From: Eledone cirrhosa
Taxonomy: Eukaryota
NCBI GenBank assembly: GCA_964016885.1
Contig: OZ024755.1
Coordinates: 43,710,001 to 43,774,000, forward strand
Reading direction: 5' to 3'
DNA: 64,000 nt
A program made the position numbers and the translations under genes. Shown here piece after piece: positions 1 through 15,870 of this stretch (within the stretch, counting starts at the first letter, position 1; every line of letters begins with the position of its first letter). The notes under the pieces were generated by a model, which ran no database searches, was not told where the DNA came from, and was given only the letters and a program-made list of their open reading frames with translations.

Positions 1-3000
1 GACAGTACCAACGTATACTGTGTACCACAGCTGACACTACCAACATATACTGTGTACCACAGTTGAGAGTACCAACACATAATGTGTACCACAGTTGACA
101 GTACCAACATGTACCGTCTACCACAGTTGAGAGTACCAACGTATACTGTGTACCACAGTTGATTGTAGCAACGTATACACTGTACCACAGTTGACAGTAC
201 CAACATATACTGTGTACCACTGTTGACAGTACCAACATATACTGGGTACCGCAGTTAACAGTAGCAACATATACCGTGTACCACAGTTGAGAGTACCAAC
301 ATATACTGTGTACCACAGTTGACAGTACCACCATATACTGTGTACCACAGTTGACAGTACCAACATATACTGTGTACCATAGTTGACAGTGCCAACATAT
401 ACCTTCTACCACAGTTGACAATACCAACATATACTGTGTACCACAGTTGACAGTACCAACATATACTGTGTACCACAGTTGACAGTACCAACGTATACTG
501 TGTACCACAGTTGACAGTACCAACATATACTGTGTAACACAGTTGACAGTACCAACATATACCGTGTACCACAGTTGACAGTACCAACGTATACTGTGTA
601 CCACTGTTGAAAGTACCAACATATACTGTGTACCACAGTTGACAGTACCAACATATACTGTGTACCACAGTTGACAGTACCAACATATACTGTGTACCAC
701 AGTTGACAGTACCAACGTATACTGTATACCACATTTGACAGTACCAACGTAAACTGTACCACAGTTGACAGTACCAACCTATACTGTGTACCACTGGTGA
801 CAGTACCAACATATACCGTGTACCACAGTTGACAGTACCAACATATACTGTATACCACTGTTGACAGTACCAACATATACTGTGTACCACAGTTGACAGT
901 ACCAACGTATACTGTGTATATTACCACAGTTGACAGTACCGACATATACTGTGTACCACAGTTGAGAGTACCAACGTATACCGTGTACCACAGTTGACAG
1001 TACCAACATACACTGTGTACCACAGTTGAAAGTACCAACGTATACTGTGTACCACAGTTGACAATACCATCATATACTGTGTACCACAGTTGACAGTACC
1101 AACATATACTGTGTACCACAGTTGACAGTACTAACATATACTGTGTACCACAATTGACAGTACCAACGTATACTGTGTACCACAGTTGACAGTACTAACG
1201 TATACTGTGTACCAAAGTTGACAATACCAACATATACTGTGTATCACAGTTGACAGTACCAACATATACTGTGTACCACAGTTGACAGTACCAACATATA
1301 CTGTGTACCACAGTTGACAATACCAGCGTATACTGTGCACCACAGTTGACAGTACCAACATATACCGTGTACCACAGTTGAGCGTACCAACATATACTGT
1401 GTACCACAGTTGATAGTACCAACATATACTGTGTACCAAAGTTGACAGTACCAACATATACTGTATACCACAGTTGACAGTACCAACGTATACTGTGTAC
1501 CACAGTTGACAATACCAACGTATGCTGTGTACCACAGTTGACAATACCAACATATACTGTGTACCACGGTTGACAGTACCAACATATACTGTGTACCACA
1601 GTTGACAGTTCCAACATATATGGTGTACCACTGTTGACACTACCGACATATACTGTGTAGCACAATTGACAGTACTAACATATACTGTGTACCACAGTTG
1701 CGAGTACCAACATATACTGGGTACCACTGTTGATAGTACCAACATATACTGTGTACCACAGTTGACAGTATCAACATATATTGTGTACCATTATTGACAG
1801 TACCAACATATACTGTGTACCACAGTTGACAATACCAACATATACTGTGTACCACAGTTGACAGTACCAACATATACTGTGTACCACAGTTGACAGTACC
1901 AACATATACTGTGTGCCATAGTTGACAGTATCAACGTATATGTGTACCACTGTTGACAGTACTAACATATGCTGTGTACCACAGTTGACAGTACCAACAT
2001 ATCCTGTGTACCTCAGTTGACAGTACCAACATATACTGTGTACCACAGTTGACAGTACCAACATATACTGTGTACCACAGGTGACAGTACCAACGTATAC
2101 TGTGTACCACAGTTGACAGTACCAACATATACTGTGTACCACAGTTGACAGTACCAACATATACTGTGTACCACAGTTCACAGTACTAACATATACCGTG
2201 TACCACAGTTGACAGTACCAACATATACTGGGTAGCACAATTGACAGTACCCACATATACTGTGTACCATAGTTGACAGTACCCACGTATACTGTGTACC
2301 ACAGTTGACAGTACCAACATATAATATGTACCAAAGTTGTAAGTACCAACGTATACTTTGTACCACTGTTGACAGTACCAACATATACTGTGTACCACAT
2401 TTGACAGTACAAACATATAGTGTGTACTACATTTGAGAGTACCAACATATACTGTTTACCACATTTGACAGTACCAACATATACTGTGTGGCACAGTTGA
2501 CAGTACCCACATATACTGGGTACCCCAGTTGATAGTACCAACGTATACTGTGTACCACATTTGACAGTTCCCACATATACAGGGTACAACAGTTGACAAT
2601 ACCATCATATACTGTGTACCACAGTTGACAGTACCAACGTATACTGTGTTCCACAGTTGACAGTACCAACATATACTGTGTACCATAGTTGACAGTGTCA
2701 ACGTATCTGTGTACCACAGTTGACATTACTAACATATGCTGTGTACCACAGTTGACAGTACCAACATATACTGTGTACCACAGTTGACAGTACCAACATA
2801 TACTGTGTACCACAGTTGACTGTACCAACATATACTTTGTACCACAGTTAACAGTACGAACATATACCGTGTACCACAGTTGACAATACCAACATATACT
2901 GTGTGCCACAGTTGACAGTACCAACATATACTGTGTACCACAGTTGACAGTACCAACGTATACTGTGTACCACAGTTGACAGTACCAACGTATACTGTGT

Positions 3001-3689
3001 ACCACAGTTGACAGTACCAACATATACTGTGTAACACAGTTGACAGTACCAACATATACCGTGTACCACAGTTGACAGTACCAACGTATACTGTGTACCA
3101 CAGTTGAAAGTACCAGCATATACTGTGTACCACAGTTGACAGTACCAACATATACTGTGTACCACAGTTGACAGTACCAACATATACTGTGTACCACAGT
3201 TGACAGTATTAACGTATACTGTATACCACATTTGACAGTACCAACGTAAACTGTGTACCACAGTTGACAGTACCAACCTATACTGTGTACCACTGGTGAC
3301 AGTATCAACATATACCTTGTACCACAGTTGACAGTACCAACATATACTGTATACCACTGTTGACAGTACCAACATATACTGTGTACCACAGTTGACAGTA
3401 CCAACGTATACTGTGTATATTACCACAGTTGACAGTACCAACATATACTGTGTACAGCAGTTAACAGTAGCAACATATACCGTGTACCACAGTTGAGAGT
3501 ACCAACATATACTGTGTACCACAGTTGACAGTACCAACATATACTGTGTACCATAGTTGACAGTGCCAACATATACCGTGTACCACAGTTGACAATACCA
3601 ACATATACAGTGTACCACAGTTGACAGTACCAACATATACTGTGTACCACAGTTGACAGTACCAACGTATACTGTGTACCACAGTTGAC

Positions 3690-5130
3690 AATGCCAACAT
3701 ATATTGTGTACCACAGTTGACAGTACCAACATATATGGTGTACCACTGTTGACACTACCGACATATACTGTGTAGCACAGTTGACAGTACTAACATATAC
3801 TGTGTACCACAGTTGAGAGTACCGACATATACTGGGTACCACTGTTGACAGTACCAACATATACTGTGTACCACAGTTGACAGTATCAATATATACTGTG
3901 TACCACTGTTGACAGTACCAACATATACTGTGTACCACATATGACTACCAACGTATACTGTGTACCACAGTTGACAGTACCAACATATACTGTCTACCAC
4001 AGTTGACAGTACCAACATATACTGTGTACCACTGTTGACAGTACCAACATATACTGTGTACCACAGTTGACAGTACCAACATATACTGTGTACCTCAGTT
4101 GACAGTACCAACATATACTGTGTACCACAGTTGACAATACCAACATATACTGTGTACCACAGTTGACAGTACCAACATATACTGTGTACCACAGTTGACA
4201 GTACCAACATATACTGTGTACCTCAGTTGACAGTACCAACATATACTGTGTACCACAGTTGACAATACCAACATATACTGTGTACCACAGTTGACAGTAC
4301 CAACATATACTGTGTACCACAGTTGACAGTACCAACGTATACTGTGTACCACAGTTGACAGTACCAACATATACTGTGTACCTCAGTTGACAGTACCAAC
4401 ATATACTGTGTACCACAGTTGACAGTACCAACATATACTGTGTACCACAGTTGACAGTACCAACGTATACTGTGTACCACAGTTCACAATACCAACATAT
4501 ATTGTGTACCACAGTTGACAGTACCAACATATATGGTGTACCACTGTTAACACTACCGACATATACTGTGTAGCACAGTTGACAGTACTAACATATACTG
4601 TGTACCACAGTTGAGAGTACCGACATATACTGGGTACCACTGTTGACAGTACCAACATATACTGTGTACCACAGTTGACAGTATCAACATATACTGTGTA
4701 CCACTGTTGACAGTACCAACATATACTGTGTACCACATATGACTACCAACGTATACTGTGTACCACAGTTGAGAGTACCAACATATACTGTCTACCACAG
4801 TTGACAGTACCAACATATACTGTGTACCACAGTTGACACTACCAACATATACTGTGTACCACAGTTGACAGTACCAACATATACTGTGTACCTCAGTTGA
4901 CAGTACCAACATATACTGTGTACCACAGTTGACAATACCAACATATACTGTGTACCACAGTTGACAGTACCAACATATACTGTGTACCACAGTTGACAGT
5001 ACCAACATATACTGTGTACCTCAGTTGACAGTACCAACATATACTGTGTACCACAGTTGACAATACCAACATATACTGTGTACCACAGTTGACAGTACCA
5101 ACGTATACTGTGTACCACAGTTGACAGTAC
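3690..5130. repeat. Local duplication with 798-bp offset
   Basis: ORFs 3755..4210 and 4553..5008 are near-identical. The variant series ATATGGTG, CACTACCGAC, GAGAGTACCGAC, CACATATGACTACC recurs 798 bp apart. Confidence 0.8.
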
Positions 5131-6880
5131 CAACATATACTGTGTACCTCAGTTGACAGTACCAACATATACTGTGTACCACAGTTGACAGTACCAACAT
5201 GTACCGTGTACCACAGTTGATAGTACCAACGTATACTGTGTACCACAGTTGAGAGTACCAACGTATACTGTGTACCACAGTTGACAGTACCAACATATAC
5301 TGTGTACCACAGTTGACAGTACCAACATATACTGTGTACCACAGTTGACACTACCAACATATACTGTGTACCACTGTTGACTACCAACATATACCGTGTA
5401 CCACAGTTGACAGTACCAACGTATACTGTGTATGTTACCACAGTTGACAGTACCAACATATACTGCGTACCACAGTTGACAGTACCAACGTATACTGTGT
5501 ACCACTGTTGACAATACCAACATATACTGTGTACCACAGTTGACAGTACCAACATATACTGTGTACCACAGTTGACAGTATCAACATATACTGTGTACCA
5601 CAGTTGACAGTACCAACATATACTGTGTACCACTGTTGACTACCAACATATACCATGTACCACAGTTCACAGTACCAACGTATACTGTGTATGTTACCAC
5701 AGTTGACAGTACCAACATATACTGTGTACCACAGTTGAGAGTACCAACATATACTGGGTACCACTGTTGACAGTACCAACATATACTGTGTACCACAGTT
5801 GACAGTACCAACATATACTGTGTACCACAGTTGACAGTACTAACGTATACTGTGTACCACAGTTGCCAATGCCAACATATACTGTGTACCACAGTTGACA
5901 GTACCAACATATACTGTGTACCACAGTTGACAGTACCAACATATACTGTGTACCACAATTAACAGTACCAACATATACTGTGTACCACAGTTGACAGTAC
6001 CAACATATACTGTGTACCACAGTTGACAGTACCAACATATACTGTGTACCTCAGTTGACAGTACCAACATATACTGTGTACCACAGTTGACAATACCAAC
6101 ATATACTGTGTACCACAGTTGACAGTACCAACATATACTGTGTACCACAGTTGACACTACCAACATATACTGTGTACCACAGTTGACAGTACCAACATAT
6201 ACTTTGTACCACAGTTGACAGTACCAACATACACTGTGTACCACAGTTAACAGTACCAACATATACTGTGTACCACATTTGACAGTACCAACGTATAGTG
6301 TGTACCACAGTTGACAGTACCATCATATACTGTGTACCACAGTTGACAGTACCAACGTATACTGTGTACCAGAGTTGACAGTACCAACATATACTGTGTA
6401 CCACAGTTGACAGTACCAACATATACTGTGTACCACAGCTGACACTACCAACATATACTGTGTACCACAGTTGAGAGTACCAACATATACTGTGTACCAC
6501 AGTTGACAGTACCAACATGTACCGTCTACCACAGTTGAGAGTACCAACGTATACTGTGTACCACAGTTGATTGTAGCAACGTATACACTGTACCACAGTT
6601 GACAGTACCAACATATACTGTGTACCACAGTTGACAGTACCAACATATACTGTGTACCACAGTTGACAGTACCAACATGTACCGTGTACCACAGTTGATA
6701 GTACCAACGTATACTGTGTACCACAGTTGAGAGTACCAACGTATACTGTGTACCACAGTTGACAGTACCAACATATACTGTGTACCACAGTTGACAGTAC
6801 CAACATATACTGTGTACCACAGTTGACAGTACCAACATATACTGTGTACCACTGTTGACAGTACCAACATATACTGTGTA

Positions 6881-7142
6881 CCACTGTTGACTACCAACAT
6901 ATACCGTGTACCACAGTTCACAGTACCAACGTATACTGTGTATGTTACCACAGTTGACAGTACCAACATATACTGTGTACCACAGTTGACAGTACCAACA
7001 TATACTGTGTACCACTGTTGACTACCAACATATACCATGTACCACAGTTCACAGTACCAACGTATACTGTGTATGTTACCACAGTTGACAGTACCAACAT
7101 AGACTGTGTACCACAGTTGAGAGTACCAACATATACTGGGTA
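6881..7142. repeat. Tandem pair of a 131-bp four-monomer unit (30+37+32+32 bp)
   Basis: CCACTGTTGACTACC...CAGTTCACAG...TGTGTATGTTACC starts at 6881 and again at 7012. The same doublet recurs near 12.94, 15.51 and 48.0 kb. Confidence 0.85.
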
Positions 7143-10100
7143 CCACTGTTGACAGTACCAACATATACTGTGTACCACAGTTGACAGTACCAACATATAC
7201 TGTGTACCACAGTTGACAGTACTAACGTATACTGTGTACCACAGTTGCCAATGCCAACATATACTGTGTACCACAGTTGACAGTACCCACGTATACTGTG
7301 TACCACAGTTGACAGTACCAACATATAATATGTACCAAAGTTGTAAGTACCAACGTATACTTTGTACCACTGTTGACAGTACCAACATATACTGTGTACC
7401 ACATTTGACAGTACAACATATACTGTGTGGCACAGTTGACAGTACCCACATATACTGGGTACCCCAGTTGATAGTACCAACGTATACTGTGTACCACATT
7501 TGACAGTTCCCACATATACAGGGTACAACAGTTGACAATAGCATCATATACTGTGTACCACAGTTGATAGTACCAACATATACTGTGTACCACAGTTGAC
7601 AGTACCAACGTATACTGTGTTCCACAGTTGACAGTACCAACATATACTGTGTACCATAGTTGACAGTGTCAACGTATCTGTGTACCACAGTTGACATTAG
7701 TAACATATGCTGTGTACCACAGTTGACAGTACCAACATATACTGTGTACCACAGTTGACAGTACCAACATATACTGTGTACCACAGTTGACTGTACCAAC
7801 ATATACTTTGTACCACAGTTAACAGTACGAACATATACCGTGTACCACAGTTGACAATACCAACATATACTGTGTGCCACAGTTGACAGTACCAACATAT
7901 ACTGTGTACCACAGTTGACAGTACCAACGTATACTGTGTACCACAGTTGACAGTACCAACGTATACTGTGTACCACAGTTGACAGTACCAACATATACTG
8001 TGTAACACAGTTGACAGTACCAACATATACCGTGTACCACAGTTGACAGTACCAACGTATACTGTGTACCACAGTTGAAAGTACCAGCATATACTGTGTA
8101 CCACAGTTGACAGTACCAACATATACTGTGTACCACAGTTGACAGTACCAACATATACTGTGTACCACAGTTGACAGTATTAACGTATACTGTATACCAT
8201 ATTTGACAGTACCAACGTAAACTGTGTACCACAGTTGACAGTACCAACCTATACTGTGTACCACTGGTGACAGTACCAACATATACCTTGTACCACAGTT
8301 GACAGTACCAACATATACTGTATACCACTGTTGACAGTACCAACATATACTGTGTACCACAGTTGACAGTACCAACGTATACTGTGTATATTACCACAGT
8401 TGACAGTACCAACATATACTGTGTACAGCAGTTAACAGTAGCAACATATACCGTGTACCACAGTTGAGAGTACCAACATATACTGTGTACCACAGTTGAC
8501 AGTACCAACATATACTGTGTACCATAGTTGACAGTGCCAACATATACCGTGTACCACAGTTGACAATACCAACATATACAGTGTACCACAGTTGACAGTA
8601 CCAACATATACTGTGTACCACAGTTGACAGTACCAACGTATACTGTGTACCACAGTTGACAATACCAACATATATTGTGTACCACAGTTGACAGTACCAA
8701 CATATATGGTGTACCACTGTTGACACTACCGACATATACTGTGTAGCACAGTTGACAGTACTAACATATACTGTGTACCACAGTTGAGAGTACCGACATA
8801 TACTGGGTACCACTGTTGACAGTACCAACATATACTGTGTACCACAGTTGACAGTATCAATATATACTGTGTACCACTGTTGACAGTACCAACATATACT
8901 GTGTACCACATATGACTACCAACGTATACTGTGTACCACAGTTGACAGTACCAACATATACTGTCTACCACAGTTGACAGTACCAACATATACTGTGTAC
9001 CACTGTTGACAGTACCAACATATACTGTGTACCACAGTTGACAGTACCAACATATACTGTTTACCTCAGTTGACAGTACCAACATATACTGTGTACCACA
9101 GTTGACAATACCAACATATACTGTGTACCACAGTTGACAGTACCAACATATACTGTGTACCACAGTTGACAGTACCAACATATACTGTGTACCTCAGTTG
9201 ACAGTACCAACATATACTGTGTACCACAGTTGACAATACCAACATATACTGTGTACCACAGTTGACAGTACCAACATATACTGTGTACCACAGTTGACAG
9301 TACCAACGTATACTGTGTACCACAGTTGACAGTACCAACATATACTGTGTACCTCAGTTGACAGTACCAACATATACTGTGTACCACAGTTGACAGTACC
9401 AACATATACTGTGTACCACAGTTGACAGTACCAACGTATACTGTGTACTACAGTTGACAATACCAACGTATGCTGTGTACCACAGTTGACAATACCAACA
9501 TATACTGTGTACCACAGTTGACAGTACCAACATATACTGTGTACCACAGTTGACAGTTCCAACATATATGGTGTACCACTGTTGACACTACCGACATATA
9601 CTGTGTAGCACAATTGACAGTTCTAACATATACTGTGTACCACAGTTGCGAGTACCAACATATACTGGGTACCACTGTTGATAGTACCAACATATACTGT
9701 GTACCACAGTTGACAGTATCAACATATATTGTGTACCATTATTGACAGTACCAACATATACTGTGTACCACAGTTGACAATACCAACATATACTGTGTAC
9801 CACAGTTGACAGTACCAACATATACTGTGTACCACAGTTGACAGTACCAACATATACTGTGTGCCATAGTTGACAGTATCAACGTATATGTGTACCACTG
9901 TTGACAGTACTAACATATGCTGTGTACCACAGTTGACAGTACCAACATATACTGTGTACCGCAGTTGACAGTACCAACATATCCTGTGTACCTCAGTTGA
10001 CAGTACCAACATATACTGTGTACCACAGTTGACAGTACCAACATATACTGTTTACCACAGGTGAGAGTACCAACGTATACTGTGTACCACAGTTGACAGT

Positions 10101-10809
10101 ACCAACATATACTGTGTACCACAGTTGACAGTACCAACATATACTGTGTACCACAGTTGACAGTACTAACATATACCGTGTACCACAGTTGACAGTACCA
10201 ACATATACTGTGTAGCACAATTGACAGTACCCACATATACTGTGTACCATAGTTGACAGTACCCACGTATACTGTGTACCACAGTTGACAGTACCAACAT
10301 ATATGTACCAAAGTTGTAAGTACCAACGTATACTTTGTACCACTGTTGACAGTACCAACATATACTGTGTACCACATTTGACACTACAAACATATACTGT
10401 GTACTACATTTGAGAGTACCAACATATACTGTTTACCACATTTGACAGTACAACATATACTGTGTGGCACAGTTGACAGTACCCACATATACTGGGTACC
10501 CCAGTTGATAGTACCAACGTATACTGTGTACCACATTTGACAGTTCCCACATATACAGGGTACAACAGTTGACAATAGCATCATATACTGTGTACCACAG
10601 TTGATAGTACCAACATATACTGTGTACCACAGTTGACAGTACCAACGTATACTGTGTACCACAGTTGACAGTACCAACATATACTGTGTACCATAGTTGA
10701 CAGTGTCAACGTATCAGTGTACCACAGTTGACATTACTAACATATGCTGTGTACCACAGTTGACAGTACCAACATATACTGTGTACCACAGTTGACAGTA
10801 CCAACATAT

Positions 10810-13800
10810 ACTGTGTACCACAGTTGACTGTACCAACATATACTTTGTACCACAGTTAACAGTACGAACATATACCGTGTACCACAGTTGACAATACCAA
10901 CATATACTGTGTGCCACAGTTGACAGTACCAACATATACTGTGTACCAGAGTTGACAGTACCAACGTATACTGTGTACCACAGTTGACAGTACCAACGTA
11001 TAATGTGTACCACAGTTGACAGTACGAACATATACTGTGTAACACAGTTGACAGTACCAACATATACCGTGTACCACAGTTGACAGTACCAACGTATACT
11101 GTGTACCACAGTTGAAAGTACCAGCATATACTGTGTACCACAGTTGACAGTACCAACATATACTGTGTACCACAGTTGACAGTACCAACATATACTGTGT
11201 ACCACAGTTGACAGTATTAACGTATACTGTATACCACATTTGACAGTACCAACGTAAACTGTGTACCACAGTTGACAGTACCAACCTATACTGTGTACCA
11301 CTGGTGACAGTACCAACATATACCTTGTACCACAGTTGACAGTACCAACATATACTGTATACCACTGTTGACAGTACCAACATATACTGTGTACCACAGT
11401 TGACAGTACCAACGTATACTGTGTATATTACCACAGTTGACAGTACCAACATATACTGTGTACAGCAGTTAACAGTAGCAACATATACCGTGTACCACAG
11501 TTGAGAGTACCAACATATACTGTGTACCACAGTTGACAGTACCAACATATACTGTGTACCACAGTTGACAGTACCAACATATACTGTGTACCATAGTTGA
11601 CAGTGCCAACATATACCGTGTACCACAGTTGACAATACCAACATATACTGTGTACCACAGTTGACAGTACCAACATATACTGTGTACCACAGTTGACAGT
11701 ACCAACGTATACTGTGTACCACAGTTGACAATACCAACATATATTGTGTACCACAGTTGACAGTACCAACATATATGGTGTACCACTGTTGACACTACCG
11801 ACATATACTGTGTAGCACAGTTGACAGTACTAACATATACTGTGTACCACATATGACTACCAACGTATACTGTGTACCACAGTTGACAGTACCAACATAT
11901 ACTGTCTACCACAGTTGACAGTACCAACATATACTGTGTACCACAGTTGACACTACCAACATATACTGTGTACCACAGTTGACAGTACCAACATATACTG
12001 TGTACCTCAGTTGACAGTACCAACATATACTGTGTACCACAGTTGACAATACCAACATATACTGTGTACCACAGTTGACAGTACCAACATATACTGTGTA
12101 CCACAGTTGACAGTACCAACATATACTGTGTACCTCAGTTGACAGTACAAACATATACTGTGTACCACAGTTGACAATACCAACATATACTGTGTACCAC
12201 AGTTGACAGTACCAACATATACTGTGTACCACAGTTGACAGTACCAACGTATACTGTGTACCACAGTTGACAGTACCAACATGTACCGTGTACCACAGTT
12301 GATAGTACCAACGTATACTGTGTACCACAGTTGAGAGTACCAACGTATACTGTGTACCACAGTTGACAGTACCAACATATACTGTGTACCACAGTTGACA
12401 GTACCAACATATACTGTGTACCACAGTTGACAGTACCAACATATACTGTGTACCACTGTTGACAGTACCAACATATACTGTGTACCACTGTTGACTACCA
12501 ACATATACCGTGTACCACAGCTGACAGTACCAACGTATACTGTGTATGTTACCACAGTTGACAGTACCAACATATACTGCGTACCACAGTTGACAGTACC
12601 AACGTATACTGTGTACCACTGTTGACAATACCAACATATACTGTGTACCACAGTTGACAGTACCAACATATACTGTGTACCACAGTTGACAGTACCAACA
12701 TATACTGTGTACCTCAGTTGACAGTACCAACATATACTGTGTACCACAGTTGACAGTACCAACATGTACCGTGTACCACAGTTGATAGTACCAACGTATA
12801 CTGTGTACCACAGTTGAGAGTACCAACGTATACTGTGTACCACAGTTGACAGTACCAACATATACTGTGTACCACAGTTGACAGTACCAACATATACTGT
12901 GTACCACTGTTGACAGTACCAACATATACTGTGTACCACTGTTGACTACCAACATATACCGTGTACCACAGTTCACAGTACCAACGTATACTGTGTATGT
13001 TACCACAGTTGACAGTACCAACATATACTGTGTACCACAGTTGACAGTACCAACATATACTGTGTACCACTGTTGACTACCAACATATACCATGTACCAC
13101 AGTTCACAGTACCAACGTATACTGTGTATGTTACCACAGTTGACAGTACCAACATATACTGTGTACCACAGTTGAGAGTACCAACATATACTGGGTACCA
13201 CTGTTGACAGTACAAACATATACTGTGTACCACAGTTGACAGTACCAACATATACTGTGTACCACAGTTGACAGTACTAACGTATACTGTGTACCACAGT
13301 TGACAGTACCAACATATACTGTGTACCACAGTTAACAGTACCAACATATACTGTGTACCACAGTTGACTGTACCAACATATACTTTGTACCACAGTTAAC
13401 AGTACGAACATATACCGTGTACCACAGTTGACTATACCAACATATACTGTGTGCCACAGTTGACAGTACCAACATATACTGTGTACCACAGTTGACAGTA
13501 CCAACGTATACTGTGTACCACAGTTGACAGTACCAACGTATACTGTGTACCACAGTTGACAGTACCAACATATACTGTGTAACACAGTTGACAGTACCAA
13601 CATATACCGTGTACCACAGTTGACAGTACCAACGTATACTGTGTACCACAGTTGAAAGTACCAGCATATACTGTGTACCACAGTTGACAGTACCAACATA
13701 TACTGTGTACCACAGTTGACAGTACCAGCATATACTGTCTACCACAGTTGACAGTATTAACGTATACTGTATACCACATTTGACAGTACCAACGTAAACT

Positions 13801-15870
13801 GTGTACCACAGTTGACAGTACCAACCTATACTGTGTACCACTGGTGACAGTACCAACATATACCTTGTACCACAGTTGACAGTACCAACATATACTGTAT
13901 ACCACTGTTGACAGTACCAACATATACTGTGTACCACAGTTGACAGTACCAACGTATACTGTGTATATTACCACAGTTGACAGTACCAACATATACTGTG
14001 TACAGCAGTTAACAGTAGCAACATATACCGTGTACCACAGTTGAGAGTACCAACATATACTGTGTACCACAGTTGACAGTACCAACATATACTGTGTACC
14101 ACAGTTGACAGTACCAACATATACTGTGTACCATAGTTGACAGTGCCAACATATACCGTGTACCACAGTTGACAATACCAACATATACTGTGTACCACAG
14201 TTGACAGTACCAACATATACTGTGTACCACAGTTGACAGTACCAACGTATACTGTGTACCACAGTTGACAATACCAACATATATTGTGTACCACAGTTGA
14301 CAGTACCAACATATATGGTGTACCACTGTTGACACTACCGACATATACTGTGTAGCACAGTTGACAGTACTAACATATACTGTGTACCACATATGACTAC
14401 CAACGTATACTGTGTACCACAGTTGACAGTACCAACATATACTGTCTACCACAGTTGACAGTACCAACATATACTGTGTACCACAGTTGACACTACCAAC
14501 ATATACTGTGTACCACAGTTGACAGTACCAACATATACTGTGTACCTCAGTTGACAGTACCAACATATACTGTGTACCACAGTTGACAATACCAACATAT
14601 ACTGTGTACCACAGTTGACAGTACCAACATATACTGTGTACCACAGTTGACAGTACCAACATATACTGTGTACCTCAGTTGACAGTACAAACATATACTG
14701 TGTACCACAGTTGACAATACCAACATATACTGTGTACCACAGTTGACAGTACCAACATATACTGTGTACCACAGTTGACAGTACCAACGCATACTGTGTA
14801 CCACAGTTGACAGTACCAACATATACTGTGTACCACAGTTGACAGTACCAACATGTACCGTGTACCACAGTTGATAGTACCAACGTATACTGTGTACCAC
14901 AGTTGAGAGTACCAACGTATACTGTGTACCACAGTTGACAGTACCAACATATACTGTGTACCACAGTTGACAGTACCAACATATACTGTGTACCACAGTT
15001 GACAGTACCAACATATACTGTGTACCACTGTTGACAGTACCAACATATACTGTGTACCACTGTTGACTACCAACATATACCGTGTACCACAGTTGACAGT
15101 ACCAACGTATACTGTGTATGTTACCACAGTTGACAGTACCAACATATACTGCGTACCACAGTTGACAGTACCAACGTATACTGTGTACCACTGTTGACAA
15201 TACCAACATATACTGTGTACCACAGTTGACAGTACCAACATATACTGTGTACCACAGTTGACAGTACCAACATATACTGTGTACCTCAGTTGACAGTACC
15301 AACATATACTGTGTACCACAGTTGACAGTACCAACATGTACCGTGTACCACAGTTGATAGTACCAACGTATACTGTGTACCACAGTTGAGAGTACCAACG
15401 TATACTGTGTACCACAGTTGACAGTACCAACATATACTGTGTACCACAGTTGACAGTACCAACATATACTGTGTACCACTGTTGACAGTACCAACATATA
15501 CTGTGTACCACTGTTGACTACCAACATATACCGTGTACCACAGTTCACAGTACCAACGTATACTGTGTATGTTACCACAGTTGACAGTACCAACATATAC
15601 TGTGTACCACAGTTGACAGTACCAACATATACTGTGTACCACTGTTGACTACCAACATATACCATGTACCACAGTTCACAGTACCAACGTATACTGTGTA
15701 TGTTACCACAGTTGACAGTACCAACATATACTGTGTACCACAGTTGAGAGTACCAACATATACTGGGTACCACTGTTGACAGTACAAACATATACTGTGT
15801 ACCACAGTTGACAGTACCAACATATACTGTGTACCACAGTTGACAGTACTAACGTATACTGTGTACCACA
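10810..15870. repeat. Tandem duplication of a ~2.55-kb (~80-monomer) block
   Basis: ORF offsets are 2,540 (11428/13968, 11469/14009), then 2,572 after one extra monomer (12714/15286, 13000/15572). GTACAAAC variants are shared at ~12145/14685 and ~13210/15782. Confidence 0.88.

Larger units (their letters stand above)
2600..9440. repeat. Dispersed block duplication: ~2.6-4.47 kb repeated at ~7.6-9.44 kb (offset 4,971 bp)
   Basis: ORF coordinates recur at a constant offset of 4,971 (2848/7819, 3420/8391, 3755/8726, 4095/9066). Shared variants include CAGTATCAATAT (3881/8852). Block edges are approximate. Confidence 0.85.

Noticed and set aside
319-345. Sigma70-like promoter in each monomer (TTGACA and TATACT)
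   Set aside because: The hexamers are 9 bp apart (41 bp to the next monomer's), not 16-18 bp, and the context is satellite DNA with no downstream gene.
1009-1030. V(D)J RSS heptamer or Transib-end resemblance (CACAGT, occasional CACTGTG)
   Set aside because: The consensus matches only 6/7 of CACAGTG, there is no ACAAAAACC nonamer at 12 or 23 bp, and there are no gene segments or transposase.
7213-7503. Short plus-strand ORFs (7213, 19146, 36134, 48137, 60013)
   Set aside because: They arise by chance where variants or indels remove the recurring TGA. They are simply translations of the repeat.
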